Shown here: one piece after another, positions 62,594 through 64,000 of the stretch
Numbering within the stretch: the stretch's first letter is position 1
Layout: each line of letters begins with the position of its first letter
Source: Nemertoderma westbladi
Taxonomy: Eukaryota > Animalia > Xenacoelomorpha
NCBI GenBank assembly: GCA_032718475.1
Contig: JAUCBJ010008915.1
Span: 43,287-107,286, forward strand
Length of the DNA: 64,000 nucleotides
Direction of reading: 5' to 3'
Notes under the pieces: model-generated
What the model saw: the letters and a program-made list of their open reading frames with translations, nothing else
Told to the model about the DNA's origin: nothing
Database searches by the model: none
Position numbers and translations under genes: made by a program

Positions 62594-64000
62594 ATGGCTC
62601 AAGCTCAACTCCTTCAAAAGTTCAACTTCCCTCAAGTAAAAATTGTTTCCAACGAAAATCAAGTAAAAATTGTTTCCAACGAAAATCAAATATCTCTCTC
62701 AGACAACTCTTTCGGTTTATATTTTGATCCTTCGAACAAACGCTTTTCAATGATGGTTACCACTTCATCTAACCAACCCCAACTCATTCCAGCAAATTAT
62801 GCACATTTCATTCTACGATCCTGCTTTGAGTTGAAGGATGGTCAATATCAAACTCTAAATAATGATACATTTCATTCCGCAAACCATGGTTTCAAACTGC
62901 ACAAATCAGAATCGAATATAACGTTCAATCTGACAACCTCGTTAGAAACATTTGTAATACCTCAACCGGTTGTTGAATATATCCACAGCAATGTAACACA
63001 AGAATCTGCAAACAAGCTCCTTGGTATGTCAACACTCAAAGCTTCCTTTTTTGTTAATGAGTGTCTGTTTGATTTTCATAATATTTCAAACTCAATTCTT
63101 TTAATTATTTGGAATGCCTCGATTCATCCCCTCAAAGATGAATCTCGTTTCTTCAAACTGTTTGGATATGATGTACTAACTTTTATTGAACAATTGAATG
63201 AAATAACCTGTTTCTACAACAACAGCAAAGCACATTATTTTGGTTTTAATTTTAAAGTTGTTCGTTATTCGAAAACATCCCCACTGAAACCTATTGATTT
63301 AATACAACTAGAAGATACAGTAGATGGGGTTTGGTTAACCATCTCAGACACCGCGGCTGCTTTACTACAACATTATATAAACATTTGTCGTCCTTACATC
63401 AATCCAATCTCGCACATTGTCTTAGAGGCAGAGAACTATGTTTCTTTCGATAGTTCTACTTTTGGTTATATCACAAATATTAATAATAAAAGAAACATTG
63501 CAATCGCGAGCGGAGTTGAGGTTGATTCAAACAAAGTTATTGTTTCCACAAGAGATGCACTTTTACTCACGAGAAATGAACTTCTTAAAATTTCATGGTT
63601 CGATTCTGCGGTCGAAGGATACGAATGCTACGATGAAGTCAACCACGAAGAATTAATTTCAGATCGAATAAAAATTTATACCGCTTACAACTGCGAAATC
63701 CTCGAAATTTCTGACAGACGCTATGACTACATGTTCTTTATTGACAATACAGATCGCGCCCGAGAAGCACTCTCTGAACTAAAGTCATTGGCTAACAATA
63801 GTGATTATGAACCAAAGCAACTACAACTACCTAATCACCAGTGTCTTAATTTATACGAATCAGTAGCGGCTTTCATTTATTCATTCAAAGGCGAAGCTTA
63901 TGTTGCCATATGGCCTATCATCAAAAAAGATTTGAAATCAACCACGTTTCAGTTTACCGATGGTTTAAATATAAAAGCGAGTGATTTCTCCAACTTTCAT
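62594..64000 (+). CDS. Orphan intronless ORF, >=469 codons, truncated by the window end (possibly virus/Polinton-derived)
   Basis: Manual translation from ATG 62594 (MAQAQLLQKFNFPQVKIVSNENQ...KASDFSNFH) shows no stop to 64000. It is absent from the ORF track because it lacks a stop. Confidence 0.75.
   Translation, partial: MAQAQLLQKFNFPQVKIVSNENQVKIVSNENQISLSDNSFGLYFDPSNKRFSMMVTTSSNQPQLIPANYAHFILRSCFELKDGQYQTLNNDTFHSANHGFKLHKSESNITFNLTTSLETFVIPQPVVEYIHSNVTQESANKLLGMSTLKASFFVNECLFDFHNISNSILLIIWNASIHPLKDESRFFKLFGYDVLTFIEQLNEITCFYNNSKAHYFGFNFKVVRYSKTSPLKPIDLIQLEDTVDGVWLTISDTAAALLQHYINICRPYINPISHIVLEAENYVSFDSSTFGYITNINNKRNIAIASGVEVDSNKVIVSTRDALLLTRNELLKISWFDSAVEGYECYDEVNHEELISDRIKIYTAYNCEILEISDRRYDYMFFIDNTDRAREALSELKSLANNSDYEPKQLQLPNHQCLNLYESVAAFIYSFKGEAYVAIWPIIKKDLKSTTFQFTDGLNIKASDFSNFH

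Noticed and set aside
63438-63656. 72-aa ORF with a signal-peptide-like start
   Set aside because: It lies in an alternate frame within the much longer open frame 62594-64000.

Overview
This is AT-rich genomic DNA from an animal (invertebrate-like; the species cannot be determined). It has spliceosomal introns and many transposon relics. Supported genes are: intronless ARL2BP; a two-exon ~781-aa coiled-coil gene (minus strand); a PP1 catalytic subunit whose conserved C-terminus is restored only by a GC-AG intron; an intronless profilin followed 116 bp later by an intronless CCDC178-like gene; and an 11-coding-exon SLC6 amino-acid transporter (38894-59037). Its 9.7-kb sixth intron hosts SEM1/DSS1 (antisense, frameshifted) and SLC25A51 (sense). 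Mobile DNA includes a Rex1/Babar-like LINE with a 426-bp duplication around an 840-bp insert, RTE remnants, several MITEs, SINE-like heads, and a possible Polinton/virus-like left end with a >469-codon orphan ORF running off the window. The most striking signal is that two minisatellites in the SLC6 gene are amplified copies of its own splice junctions: ~51 copies of a 31-bp acceptor unit and ~71 copies of a 28-bp donor unit. All calls come from reading and motif recognition; no searches were run.
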